A stretch of DNA of 24,000 nucleotides from Candidatus Woesearchaeota archaeon (GTDB lineage Archaea > Nanobdellota > Nanobdellia > Woesearchaeales > CAIVOO01): contig JAWAEZ010000002.1 of NCBI GenBank assembly GCA_038890975.1, positions 12,291 through 36,290 of the forward strand. The letters run 5' to 3'. The translations under genes and the position numbers were made by a program. Every line of letters begins with the position of its first letter. Position 1 is the first letter of the stretch. The notes beneath the pieces are model-generated. The model searched no databases. It was not told the DNA's origin and saw only the letters and a program-made list of their open reading frames with translations. Positions 1 through 8,044 of the stretch are shown piece after piece.

Positions 1-375
1 ATTTTTTTCAATATTTTCAGTTATATTTGCAATATTATCCTTGTTTTTTCCTTTCTTCTGTTCTTTAACCAAGGAATTAATCAATTCTCTATTTTTAGAA
101 ATAATTACTTTTAATTCATTTATACGCTCGTTATTTTTATTTATTGTTTCTTTAAATTGTTCTTTTAATAAATCAAAATAAACATTGGAAACTTTTTTTC
201 TTTCAATTGCCGATAAAGAACTATTTAGTTTAGAAAGCTCTTGGTTAATTGCTTCTACGAACCATCTTTTAGAAGATGCCTTTGCAGACATTCTTTTAAC
301 TACTTCTCCAAACTTTTCTTTTCTTTGCTCTATATCAATCCTTGCTAAAAGTTCCAAAAAAATTTTTCTTTCCAT
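1..375 (-). CDS. Hypothetical coiled-coil protein; N-terminal 125 codons only, as the ORF runs off the left edge of the window
   Basis: Absent from the supplied ORF track because it has no stop in the window. The ATG is the complement of 373-375. I read all 125 codons down to position 1 and saw no stop. The N-terminus is MERKIFLELLARIDIEQRKEKFGEVVKRMSAKASSKRWFVEAINQELSKL..., which is K/E/N/I-rich and helix-like. It starts 11 nt after the stop of 387..1499 on the same strand. Confidence 0.6.
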   Translation of the reverse strand, partial: MERKIFLELLARIDIEQRKEKFGEVVKRMSAKASSKRWFVEAINQELSKLNSSLSAIERKKVSNVYFDLLKEQFKETINKNNERINELKVIISKNRELINSLVKEQKKGKNKDNIANITENIEKN

Positions 376-386
376 TTTCTTACCAC

Positions 387-1499
387 TTAAGCATAAGCTA
401 ATGTGCTTATTATTAATTCAAGAGCAACCCTGTATCTTCTTAATGCGTAGTGTATTTGTATATAATCTGTTTCTTGAAGTTTTGAAAAATTGGGATCACT
501 AACTAATGTGAATAATATCATATCTATTTTTTCTCCTGTTTTTCTTATATCATCACAAACCGCTACAATTTTAGCTAAGTAATCTTCTTTTTCAGGAATT
601 TTAGCTTCTCTATAAGATTTCATACTCTTATTAAGAGTTGAAGCTATATTATCTAACAAGTTTATTTCGTGGTTTAATACTGAGATAGTATTCCTTGTGT
701 TACTTAAATCTACACTTTCTTTTAGCTCTTCTTTTTTAGCTTTTTCTTCCTGAGGGGGCATTATTGCATCTTTGGCTCCTTCTTTTATTTTCTGTAAAAG
801 CCACCCTTCTTCACCTTTTTCACCTTCTCCTGGCGCCGAACTCGTGAATATCGCTGCGAAAAGATGATAAAACATCATTATTAATGTGATGGCTTCTATA
901 AATGCTCCGAAAGAAGCGCTTTCTGCACTGGCTGTTGAGAATATAGGATCTTTTACCATCGCATTGATAAAATTCCCAAGTAAGGTAAATATTAAATAAT
1001 AAAGCACTGCCCTTATAGCATGATTAAATTTCCTTTTCGCGGGAATAATAGGAACGCCCTTATTATCCTTTTTCCCTGTCGGGAATGATATATGCATTAG
1101 ATATACCGCTCCTACTATGGGCAACCCCATAAGAAGAAATGTTACAGCCAAACCATAGGATTTTCCTATTGAAATAATTATACCATTCGGTATGAAAATA
1201 ACAGAAATTAATGCCATGACAATAGCTACTGTAATAGAAATATTTTTTCTTTCTCTAAAATTAGGAACCACGCCTATTAGCACTGCATAATAAGTAGCAA
1301 ATAGAACAATCCAGAGCATAACTCTTAACCAGAAATAATTAGGAGCTCTTGTTGTTAAATCTATAAATAACCAGCTTAGATTATTTTCTAAAATATCCGC
1401 TAAAAACTTAATAGGTTCTAAAGCATAAACAAGAGGGATAGTTAAAAGAGGGACAAGCCCGCTTATTAAAAATCGTTTGATAATATTTTTTCTAATCAT
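387..1499 (-). CDS. Membrane protein with a signal-peptide-like N-terminus, about 5 TM segments and a charged helical C-terminal tail of about 150 aa; paralog of 1524..3170; family not recognised
   Basis: 370-aa ORF. The hydrophobic N-terminus ends in VYA|L. TM-like stretches include WLRVMLWIVLFATYYAVLIGVV and LAVTFLLMGLPIVGAVYLM. The tail begins GEGEKGEEGWLLQKIKEG. It shares motifs with the upstream gene at the same residue offsets (see findings). Confidence 0.75.
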   Translation of the reverse strand: MIRKNIIKRFLISGLVPLLTIPLVYALEPIKFLADILENNLSWLFIDLTTRAPNYFWLRVMLWIVLFATYYAVLIGVVPNFRERKNISITVAIVMALISVIFIPNGIIISIGKSYGLAVTFLLMGLPIVGAVYLMHISFPTGKKDNKGVPIIPAKRKFNHAIRAVLYYLIFTLLGNFINAMVKDPIFSTASAESASFGAFIEAITLIMMFYHLFAAIFTSSAPGEGEKGEEGWLLQKIKEGAKDAIMPPQEEKAKKEELKESVDLSNTRNTISVLNHEINLLDNIASTLNKSMKSYREAKIPEKEDYLAKIVAVCDDIRKTGEKIDMILFTLVSDPNFSKLQETDYIQIHYALRRYRVALELIISTLAYA

Positions 1500-1523
1500 G
1501 TTGATCTGCTTCTTTTTTATTTT

Positions 1524-3170
1524 TTAGGTATTTTTTTGTATTAAATATGTTAATTGCTTTTTAATATTTTCCCAACTTTTAGTGATTTTTTCAATTTCAT
1601 CAAAATATTGCTCTAATAAACCAATTTTTATACGTTTCCCTTTTTTTATTTCTATATCATTAATCACTTCATTAAGAATAGATGCTGATTCGTCAAATTT
1701 CTTTTCTTTTATATTATCTGCTGCATTTTTAATTTTAGGAGAATAATCTATTATTCTGCTACTAATTTCCGCATTAGATTTTGTCATTTCTAATAATATT
1801 TCTATTATTTTTTTAATTTCGTTACCAATATTCTCTATCTCTTGTTTTATATCTTTTAAATCTTGTTCTTTTCGTTTTTCTTTTATTACATCATCGTTTA
1901 ATGTCCTTAATGTAGATTCGTAAACAACGGAATTTTGTGGATATTTTTCGCTTAGTTTTTGGATTTCATTTATTCTTTTTTCTTTTTCGTTTATTTCTTC
2001 TTTTATTTTGTTTATTTCTTGTTCTATATTAATATCTTCTGCTTCAACTTCTTTCTTTATTGATTCTATTTTTTCTTTTTCTTCTTCTATTTGTTTAGAT
2101 TCTTTTGTTAAGTTTTCAATGAATATATTAAATGATTCATACAAAGAATTAAGAATTGAGTTTATTTTATTAACAGACAAGTTTATTTTTTCTACAATTT
2201 GCTGTTTTTTTGCTTCTAATTCAGGAGTGCCTTCAATAGAAAAAAGGGAAGTATATGTGAGGAATAAACCCTTAAGAGAAAATATATTATCTATAATCTC
2301 TCTTAGTAATCTTATGATATTTTCTTCATTTTTAATTTCTTCGGCGCTCAAAGCAGAGAGGTTATTAATGTTATGTGTTAAATATGTGAAATTGTCATCA
2401 AAATCTTTTATAAAATCTACTGTTCGTTTGTTAAATATTTCTTCTTCTTTTTCTCTTTTTCTTAATTTTGAAAAAGGGGTAACACTTCCTATGTCTCTTA
2501 TTCCTGCTAAAAAACCACCTTCTCTATATACTATACCTCCTTTGTGTCTTATATACATTATTATGGCTCCTACAATAAACAAAGCAAACGCAAGCATAAT
2601 AAGTGCTGGGAACCCGAAGTCAGAAAGAGTGCTTGCAAAAGCAGTTGTTTGTTCCGCGAGAAGTTCGTTAAATTTGTAACCAGTAAAAAGTCCTAATGTG
2701 CCTAATATGATTTTAATAAACAAGCCAACAGTAGAGCCAGCCCCGAACATTCTATTAATACTCCTATAAGCAAGGAAAAGAGCAAGAATAACTACCCCAT
2801 AAAGACCCATAACAAAAAATATTCCATATAAACTGAACACATTAAAAAGAACACCTACGGGTATAAATAAAACACTAAGCAACGATACAGGTATGACTAC
2901 CCCTGCAACAATACCTTTTCTTTTAAATAAAAGTTCAGCCGGGGACCATAATAAAGATGCTACTATAACAAAGAGACACACCCGTACAAAAATTTCAAGA
3001 CTGCTTCCCGTTAGCCCAAAAATAAAAGAGAAATTTTTTTCTATTATGTTCCATAATAACTTAAAAGGAGCCGCTTCTATTGTTTGTGCATGGACAAGTT
3101 TTACAACACAAGGAAGTAAAATTATAAATAAAAATAATAAAATAATAACTCTATTTTTATTTTTATTCAT
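1524..3170 (-). CDS. Membrane protein with a signal-peptide-like N-terminus, about 5 TM segments and a coiled-coil tail of about 330 aa; family not recognised
   Basis: 548-aa ORF. The N-terminus MNKNKNRVIILLFLFIILLPCVVKLVHA|Q looks like a signal peptide. Five hydrophobic segments lie up to about residue 207. The rest is a long E/K/I/N-rich heptad-like region (EEEKEKIESIKKEVEAEDINIEQEINKIKEEINEKEKRINEIQ...). It is the first gene of a tightly spaced operon. Confidence 0.8.
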   Translation of the reverse strand: MNKNKNRVIILLFLFIILLPCVVKLVHAQTIEAAPFKLLWNIIEKNFSFIFGLTGSSLEIFVRVCLFVIVASLLWSPAELLFKRKGIVAGVVIPVSLLSVLFIPVGVLFNVFSLYGIFFVMGLYGVVILALFLAYRSINRMFGAGSTVGLFIKIILGTLGLFTGYKFNELLAEQTTAFASTLSDFGFPALIMLAFALFIVGAIIMYIRHKGGIVYREGGFLAGIRDIGSVTPFSKLRKREKEEEIFNKRTVDFIKDFDDNFTYLTHNINNLSALSAEEIKNEENIIRLLREIIDNIFSLKGLFLTYTSLFSIEGTPELEAKKQQIVEKINLSVNKINSILNSLYESFNIFIENLTKESKQIEEEKEKIESIKKEVEAEDINIEQEINKIKEEINEKEKRINEIQKLSEKYPQNSVVYESTLRTLNDDVIKEKRKEQDLKDIKQEIENIGNEIKKIIEILLEMTKSNAEISSRIIDYSPKIKNAADNIKEKKFDESASILNEVINDIEIKKGKRIKIGLLEQYFDEIEKITKSWENIKKQLTYLIQKNT

Positions 3171-3333
3171 CTAAACCCCTTTTCTGGATATTTATTAAGC
3201 TATCTTTATTTATTATATTTAAATACTTTTTTATTTTTTTTACATTTTTTATTATTAATACTTCTTAGACAAGTTACAGAAATTTAGATTTTTTTATTTT
3301 TAAAAATTTTTACTCATTGATTATAAAGAAATA

Positions 3334-3341
3334 TTTAAATA
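3334..3341 (+). promoter_or_regulatory. Archaeal TATA-box candidate (TTTAAATA) for the 3365 gene; implies a leaderless mRNA
   Basis: The TTTAAATA centre lies about 27 nt upstream of the ATG at 3365. No SD-like motif lies between them. Confidence 0.5.
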
Positions 3342-3364
3342 TTCGATGATTTAAAACCAATCCA

Positions 3365-3823
3365 ATGGTAGAGCCAACAACACCTATTCTTACTATTACA
3401 CCCGCAATTGTTGCAGGGATTGTGATAGGTTTTTACGAAATTATTCTAATCCACAGAGATGTTACAATCCCTACACACAGATTCGGTCACGGACTCCACG
3501 CATTAATAATTGCTATAATAGCATCTTTAGCTGTTTTTAATGTTTCTTTTGTTTTTCACTTATTTCCGGCTCTTTCAACTGTGCCTTTGATTGGTAATAT
3601 ACACTATTTTCGTGTAGCTATAGGTTTGGTTATGATGATAAAGATACATGGAGTTTCAGCTGCTTTAAAAAGCGCAGGGATGGCTACTCACGGGCTTAAA
3701 GAGACGTGGTTTCATAGTTTTGTTGTAGCTGCCCTCGTTGTTATTGCTCCTTATATATGGCCCGCGATAGCTCCTTATCTTCCTCCGTGGGCTGGCGGAG
3801 TAACCCCTCCTACGAAGAAATAA
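3365..3823 (+). CDS. Small His-rich polytopic membrane protein, family not recognised
   Basis: 152-aa ORF with about 4 hydrophobic segments and many His residues at segment ends (HRDVTIPTHRFGHGLH, IKIHG, ATHGLKETWFH). It has a Pro-rich C-terminus (PYLPPWAGGVTPPTKK). It is visibly richer in G/C than its neighbours and is divergent from the 3170 operon. Confidence 0.7.
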   Translation: MVEPTTPILTITPAIVAGIVIGFYEIILIHRDVTIPTHRFGHGLHALIIAIIASLAVFNVSFVFHLFPALSTVPLIGNIHYFRVAIGLVMMIKIHGVSAALKSAGMATHGLKETWFHSFVVAALVVIAPYIWPAIAPYLPPWAGGVTPPTKK

Positions 3824-3829
3824 TTCTTA

Positions 3830-3836
3830 TTTTTTT
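3830..3836 (+). terminator. Oligo-T tract (T7) just downstream of the 3365..3823 stop
   Basis: TAA at 3821-3823 is followed by ttcttaTTTTTTT. Archaeal RNA polymerase terminates at oligo-T tracts. Confidence 0.45.
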
Positions 3837-3900
3837 ACTTATTCCTTACATATTTAATTTTAACTATTTAACCTTTTTTTAAAAGAAATATCTAAATGTT

Positions 3901-4152
3901 TTATTCTATTTTCACTTTTGAACCAACAGACTGCCCCGGCATTCCTTTTTCAAAAAGAACTTTTACAGCGCCTTTTCTCCCATGAACCCCTGTAATCCTT
4001 CCCCTAATCTCTTTTTTTGCAGGGCTAGTCCAAACTACTGATTTACCCACCAACTTAGCAGCTTTTTCTTTATCTTCTGCTACAAACACTACCATTTGGT
4101 TATTTTTTTGCCTGTGCTTGCTCGATCTAAAATTGACAATTATACCTTCCAT
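3901..4152 (-). CDS. rpl35ae: 50S ribosomal protein L35Ae (eL33)
   Basis: 83 aa. VVWTSPAKKEIRGRITGVHGRKGAVKVLFEKGMPGQSVG matches the conserved L35Ae core (GKI...HG..GAVRA.FEKGLPGQA.G) as I recall it from Pyrococcus. Confidence 0.9.
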   Translation of the reverse strand: MEGIIVNFRSSKHRQKNNQMVVFVAEDKEKAAKLVGKSVVWTSPAKKEIRGRITGVHGRKGAVKVLFEKGMPGQSVGSKVKIE

Positions 4153-4174
4153 TTTTCAGGTGTTTGAAAGGTTA

Positions 4175-4182
4175 TTTATAAA
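4175..4182 (-). promoter_or_regulatory. TATA-box candidate (TTTATAAA) for rpl35ae; leaderless spacing
   Basis: The palindromic TTTATAAA is centred about 26 nt upstream of the ATG at 4152. Confidence 0.5.
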
Positions 4183-4256
4183 GGTTATTTTTTTATTTAG
4201 TAGTTTTGATTTTTATTGTTTTATAAAAGTTTTTTTTCTTGTTAATTTACTTTAAT

Positions 4257-5009
4257 TTATTTGACTACTTTACTGTCTTTCCATAATATTTCAAAATAGT
4301 TTTTATAAGAATTGGCAATTTGTTTATTTTTTAGTTGTATTACAACAGGGGTTTCAAGCCATAGAACAAGAACAACCTCATCTCCGCATATATTTGTAGA
4401 AGTGGTTGAATAATACTTTTGAGGAAGGTACCTCGCTTCTGTATAAGGAAGAGTATTAAGATATTTTATTCTTTCTTCTGCGTTATAATTATAAATATGT
4501 TTCATAGGTATCTTTTTGGCAATCCTTAACTCGTGAAAGTGAGGTATGAAATACTTCATCATTTCAGGAGCGTTTTTTGGTATGCCATAACAAAGGATTG
4601 GCTCGTTAAATCTTAACCAGCTCATAAGTATCTCCTGAAAGGGTTTAATCCCTTCAAAAATACACGCTTGACTTTCTTTACCTGCAATTTTTTTTGCTAT
4701 TTCAAGCTCAGGAATAATCTTTTGGAGTGCTAACTCTTTTTCTTTAAGTATGTTCATAAGTAGCGAAGGGTCAGGGGCCTCGTAAAATTTTTTATTATTT
4801 TTTATAATGTACGAAATAACTCCCTTCTTTACTAAACGGCTTATTGCATCATAGACATTTGTCCTATGAATTTTTGTTTTCTTAGCAATCTCCCAAGAAG
4901 TAGATGATCCAAGTTCTAAAATTGCGAGGTATGTCTCAATTTCGTTTTTGGTAAACCCTAAATCTGATAAGACGCTTCGTTTGAAGTCTTCACTCATAAA
5001 AAACAACAC
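4257..5009 (-). CDS. TrmB-family transcriptional regulator
   Basis: The N-terminal winged HTH is typical of TrmB: LGFTKNEIETYLAILELGSSTSWEIAKKTKIHRTNVYDAISRLVKKGVISY. The C-terminal domain is about 150 aa. The start is ambiguous between GTG at 5009 and ATG at 4997 (MSEDFKRS). Confidence 0.8.
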   Translation of the reverse strand: MLFFMSEDFKRSVLSDLGFTKNEIETYLAILELGSSTSWEIAKKTKIHRTNVYDAISRLVKKGVISYIIKNNKKFYEAPDPSLLMNILKEKELALQKIIPELEIAKKIAGKESQACIFEGIKPFQEILMSWLRFNEPILCYGIPKNAPEMMKYFIPHFHELRIAKKIPMKHIYNYNAEERIKYLNTLPYTEARYLPQKYYSTTSTNICGDEVVLVLWLETPVVIQLKNKQIANSYKNYFEILWKDSKVVK

Positions 5010-5129
5010 CCCTAGAAAAAGTTTTTACTTAAGAGTTTATAAAATTTTTGAAAATAAAAAAATCGCAAACCTTTATAAACTATCTGCTTTTTGTGGGATT
5101 TAGTTCTGACTATAACAAAAAATAACAAG

Positions 5130-6416
5130 ATGAGACCTGAAAAGAAAGAAATAAGAAAAGAAAAAAATCAATCGGGACTAAGTAATATTAGCACTATTAA
5201 ACCACAACCGGAGATAAACATAGGACTTATAGGACATGTTGACCATGGGAAAACAACACTAACAGAAAGGCTCTCTGGAAAATGGACAGATACACATTCC
5301 GAAGAACTAAAAAGAGGCATCACAATAAGATTGGGGTATGCTGATATAACTTTTAGAAAATGCCAACAGTGTGAAAAATACACAACAAAAGAAAACTGCG
5401 AATGCGGTGGTAAATCTATCCCAATAAAAAAAGTTTCTTTTATAGACGCTCCAGGCCACGAGTCTTTAATGGCTACAATGCTTGCAGGAGCGATGATTAT
5501 GGATGGCGCTTTGCTCTTAATAGCAGCAAACGAACACTGCCCCCAGCCCCAGACGAGGGAGCATTTAATGGCTATGCAGATTATAGGATTAAAAAATGTT
5601 GTTATAATACAAAACAAAATAGACCTCGTTACCGAAGAAAGAGCGAGACAAAACTACGAAGAGATAAAGGAGTTTCTTAAAGGAACAGCTTATGAAAATT
5701 CTCCTGTAATACCGATATCTGCCAAATACGGGGTGAACATAGATGCTGTTATTGAGGCAATAATTAAGCACATTCCAACTCCACAAAGAGATACAGAAAG
5801 CCCCCCTTTGATGTTAATAGCAAGGTCTTTTGACATAAACAAACCAGGCATACCCCCTTCTAAATTAGTAGGAGGGGTTCTTGGGGGAGCACTTGTGAAA
5901 GGTCAATTAAAAGTTGGAGAAGAAATAGAAATAAGACCCGGCAGAAAGATGGAGAAAGAAGGAAAAAGTGTCTGGAAGCCCTTATTTACAAAGATAGTAT
6001 CCATAAAAACAGGTGGAGAAAATGTAGATTCAGTAACTCCTGGGGGCTCTATAGCGTTACTAACAGAACTTGACCCCTCAATAGTAAAATCTGACCAACT
6101 AGTAGGTGCAGTTGTAGGAAGAAAAAACCAACTGCCTCCTGTGTGGGTTTCTTTGACATTAGAAACAACCCTCCTTGATAGAGTTGTGGGTACAAAAGAA
6201 GATATTATTGTAGAACCTATAAAAATGGGCGAACCCCTTATGCTTAATGTTAATTCGGCAGCAACAGTAGGTATAGTTAATAATCTTTCAAAAAACAGAT
6301 TTCACTGCTCTTTGAAATTACCAGTTTGTGCTGATAAAGGAGCAAGAGTAACAATATCAAGAAGAATAGGAACAAGATTTAGATTAATAGGGTATGGTAT
6401 AATAATAGGTGAATAA
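5130..6416 (+). CDS. eif2g: Translation initiation factor aIF2 gamma subunit
   Basis: G1 motif GHVDHGKTTL, DAPGHE, NKIDL, and the Zn-knuckle insert CQQCEKYTTKENCECGG typical of a/eIF2-gamma. The track start at 5091 is TTG; the first ATG is 5130 (MRPEKKE...). A Lys-rich N-terminal extension of about 30 aa precedes the G domain. Confidence 0.95.
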   Translation: MRPEKKEIRKEKNQSGLSNISTIKPQPEINIGLIGHVDHGKTTLTERLSGKWTDTHSEELKRGITIRLGYADITFRKCQQCEKYTTKENCECGGKSIPIKKVSFIDAPGHESLMATMLAGAMIMDGALLLIAANEHCPQPQTREHLMAMQIIGLKNVVIIQNKIDLVTEERARQNYEEIKEFLKGTAYENSPVIPISAKYGVNIDAVIEAIIKHIPTPQRDTESPPLMLIARSFDINKPGIPPSKLVGGVLGGALVKGQLKVGEEIEIRPGRKMEKEGKSVWKPLFTKIVSIKTGGENVDSVTPGGSIALLTELDPSIVKSDQLVGAVVGRKNQLPPVWVSLTLETTLLDRVVGTKEDIIVEPIKMGEPLMLNVNSAATVGIVNNLSKNRFHCSLKLPVCADKGARVTISRRIGTRFRLIGYGIIIGE

Positions 6417-6581
6417 GATACTTAATTTTTTCTTAATAAAAATATAAGAAAAACTTATGGTTTAATTTTGTTTAACTTAAAAAATATAAACATTTAAATA
6501 AGCGATTACATTAATAGAATTTAAATTTGTAAAAGTAGTTATTAATAATATTAAGAATTACACATTAAATAAATAGAAATT

Positions 6582-6989
6582 ATGAAAACCAAAATATTAG
6601 AAGAGATAAAGAAGCATAACATCTGCGTACTTGCTACATGCGCTAACAAAAAACCAGAAGCAGCAGTGGTGGCGTTTGTAGTAGATGATAATTTTATTTT
6701 TTATGTTGCGACATCAAAATATTATAGGAAGTATAAAAACCTGATAAAAAATAAAAATGTTTCACTTGTTATTGGTTTTGAAATTCCTACAATACAAATT
6801 GATGGGGTAGCAGAATTTTTAGATGAAAAGGAAAAGAAACTGATAAGACCTTTTATGATAGAGAAAATTCCCGAAGCAGAAGATTTTTTTGTAGCAAAAG
6901 AATCAGTTTTTATAAGAATAAAGCCAAAATATCTTAAAATTACTGATTATGTAAGGGGTAATTACAAAATAAACGAGGTAAAGTTTTGA
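6582..6989 (+). CDS. Pyridoxamine 5'-phosphate oxidase-like (FMN-binding split-barrel) family protein
   Basis: 135 aa. The pattern ICVLATCANKKPEAAVVAFVVDDNFIFYVATSKYYRKYKNLIKNKNVSLVI resembles small PNPOx-like or general-stress-26-like proteins. The assignment is by motif only. Confidence 0.55.
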   Translation: MKTKILEEIKKHNICVLATCANKKPEAAVVAFVVDDNFIFYVATSKYYRKYKNLIKNKNVSLVIGFEIPTIQIDGVAEFLDEKEKKLIRPFMIEKIPEAEDFFVAKESVFIRIKPKYLKITDYVRGNYKINEVKF

Positions 6990-7083
6990 ATTTTTAAAAT
7001 ACGAAATTTTTATAAGCTCATAAATAACTTCTTTTTGTAATTTTTTTAAAGGTGAATAATAACTTAAATGAGAATAAATAAAG

Positions 7084-7989
7084 ATGTATGATGTAATAAT
7101 TGTAGGGGGAGGCGTCTCTGGGTTTGCAGCGGCGATGTATGCTCGCAGGTTAGGGCTTAACACAGCTATTTTCTCTGAATTTTCGGGAGGCACTATTCTT
7201 ATGGCTCATAATGTAGAAAATTACCCCGGCTTTGAAAGTATAAGTGGGGAGGAATTAGCGAAGAAAATAGAACTTCACGCACGTAAATACAGCCCTGACA
7301 TATTTGATAAAAAAGTGGTTGCTATTGGCAAAAAAGACAATTTTTTTTTGGTTTTTGATGGTAAAGAAAATCATAAATCTAAAACAATAATATTAGCTAC
7401 AGGAACTTCCCCAAGAAAATTAGGAATTAAAGGAGAAGAAGAATTTCTTGGTAAAGGAGTTAGTTATTGTGCCCTGTGCGATGCACACTTTTACAAAAAC
7501 AAAGTAGTAGCCGTTGTGGGGGGTTCTGATACCGCAGTATTAGAAGCAGAATTGCTGTCACAACTCGCTTCAAAAGTTTATATTATTTACAGAGGTGAAA
7601 AATTAAGGGCAGAACACGAAAACATAACTAGAATAAAGAATAAGAGCAACATTGAAATTGTAACAAATAATAATATCTCTTTAATAAGCGGAAACAAATT
7701 TGTGACAAAAGTTTTGTTGGAAAAAGAATATAAGAGAAACAGGGAACTTCTTATTGACGGCGTTTTCATAGCAGCGGGGCATATACCTGTTTCTGATTTG
7801 GCAAAATCGATAGGTATCAATCTTAACGAAAAAGGAGAAATAATTATTGATAAAGAAACAAAAACAAATATAGAAGGGGTATTTGCTGTTGGTGATGTGA
7901 CAAACTCTATTTTCAAGCAGGCAATAACAGGCGTTGCGCAGGGGTGCATTGCTGCATTTTCTGCTTATAACTATATCAAAAGAATTTAA
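7084..7989 (+). CDS. trxB: Low-molecular-weight thioredoxin reductase-like flavoprotein
   Basis: FAD motif VIIVGGGVSGFAAAMYA, redox-active CALC (7468..7479), C-terminal GVFAVGDV and ITGVAQGCIAA. The second dinucleotide motif is GGSDTA rather than GGGDSA (see finding). Confidence 0.85.
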   Translation: MYDVIIVGGGVSGFAAAMYARRLGLNTAIFSEFSGGTILMAHNVENYPGFESISGEELAKKIELHARKYSPDIFDKKVVAIGKKDNFFLVFDGKENHKSKTIILATGTSPRKLGIKGEEEFLGKGVSYCALCDAHFYKNKVVAVVGGSDTAVLEAELLSQLASKVYIIYRGEKLRAEHENITRIKNKSNIEIVTNNNISLISGNKFVTKVLLEKEYKRNRELLIDGVFIAAGHIPVSDLAKSIGINLNEKGEIIIDKETKTNIEGVFAVGDVTNSIFKQAITGVAQGCIAAFSAYNYIKRI

Positions 7990-8044
7990 AACATTACTTA
8001 TTCAGATTTAATATTTTTTGTTATTGAAATAATTTTTAGTGTTT

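Noticed and set aside
185-502. 105-aa plus-strand ORF in the supplied track
   Set aside because: It lies antisense to the 5' part of the unlisted minus-strand coiled-coil ORF (1..375) and to the 3' end of 387..1499. Its product is low-complexity and F/L/S-rich, typical of a shadow ORF opposite K/E-rich coding sequence.
2008-3174. Plus-strand ORFs 2008..2679 (223 aa) and 2893..3174 (93 aa)
   Set aside because: Both lie entirely inside the 548-aa minus-strand gene. Their S/F/I-rich translations mirror the E/K/N-rich coiled coil. They have no start signals.
5168-5786. Minus-strand ORFs 5168..5617 and 5589..5786
   Set aside because: They are antisense to the unambiguous aIF2-gamma G domain, so they are shadow ORFs.
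7068-7091. 7-codon uORF (MRINKDV) with GGTGA upstream, overlapping the trxB start
   Set aside because: The SD spacing of about 12 nt is long. An ORF this short is expected by chance in such AT-rich sequence. It is not supportable without conservation or ribosome-profiling data.
6903-7193. 96-aa minus-strand ORF spanning the PNPOx/trxB junction
   Set aside because: It overlaps the ends of two well-supported plus-strand genes and the promoter region between them. It has no recognisable motif.
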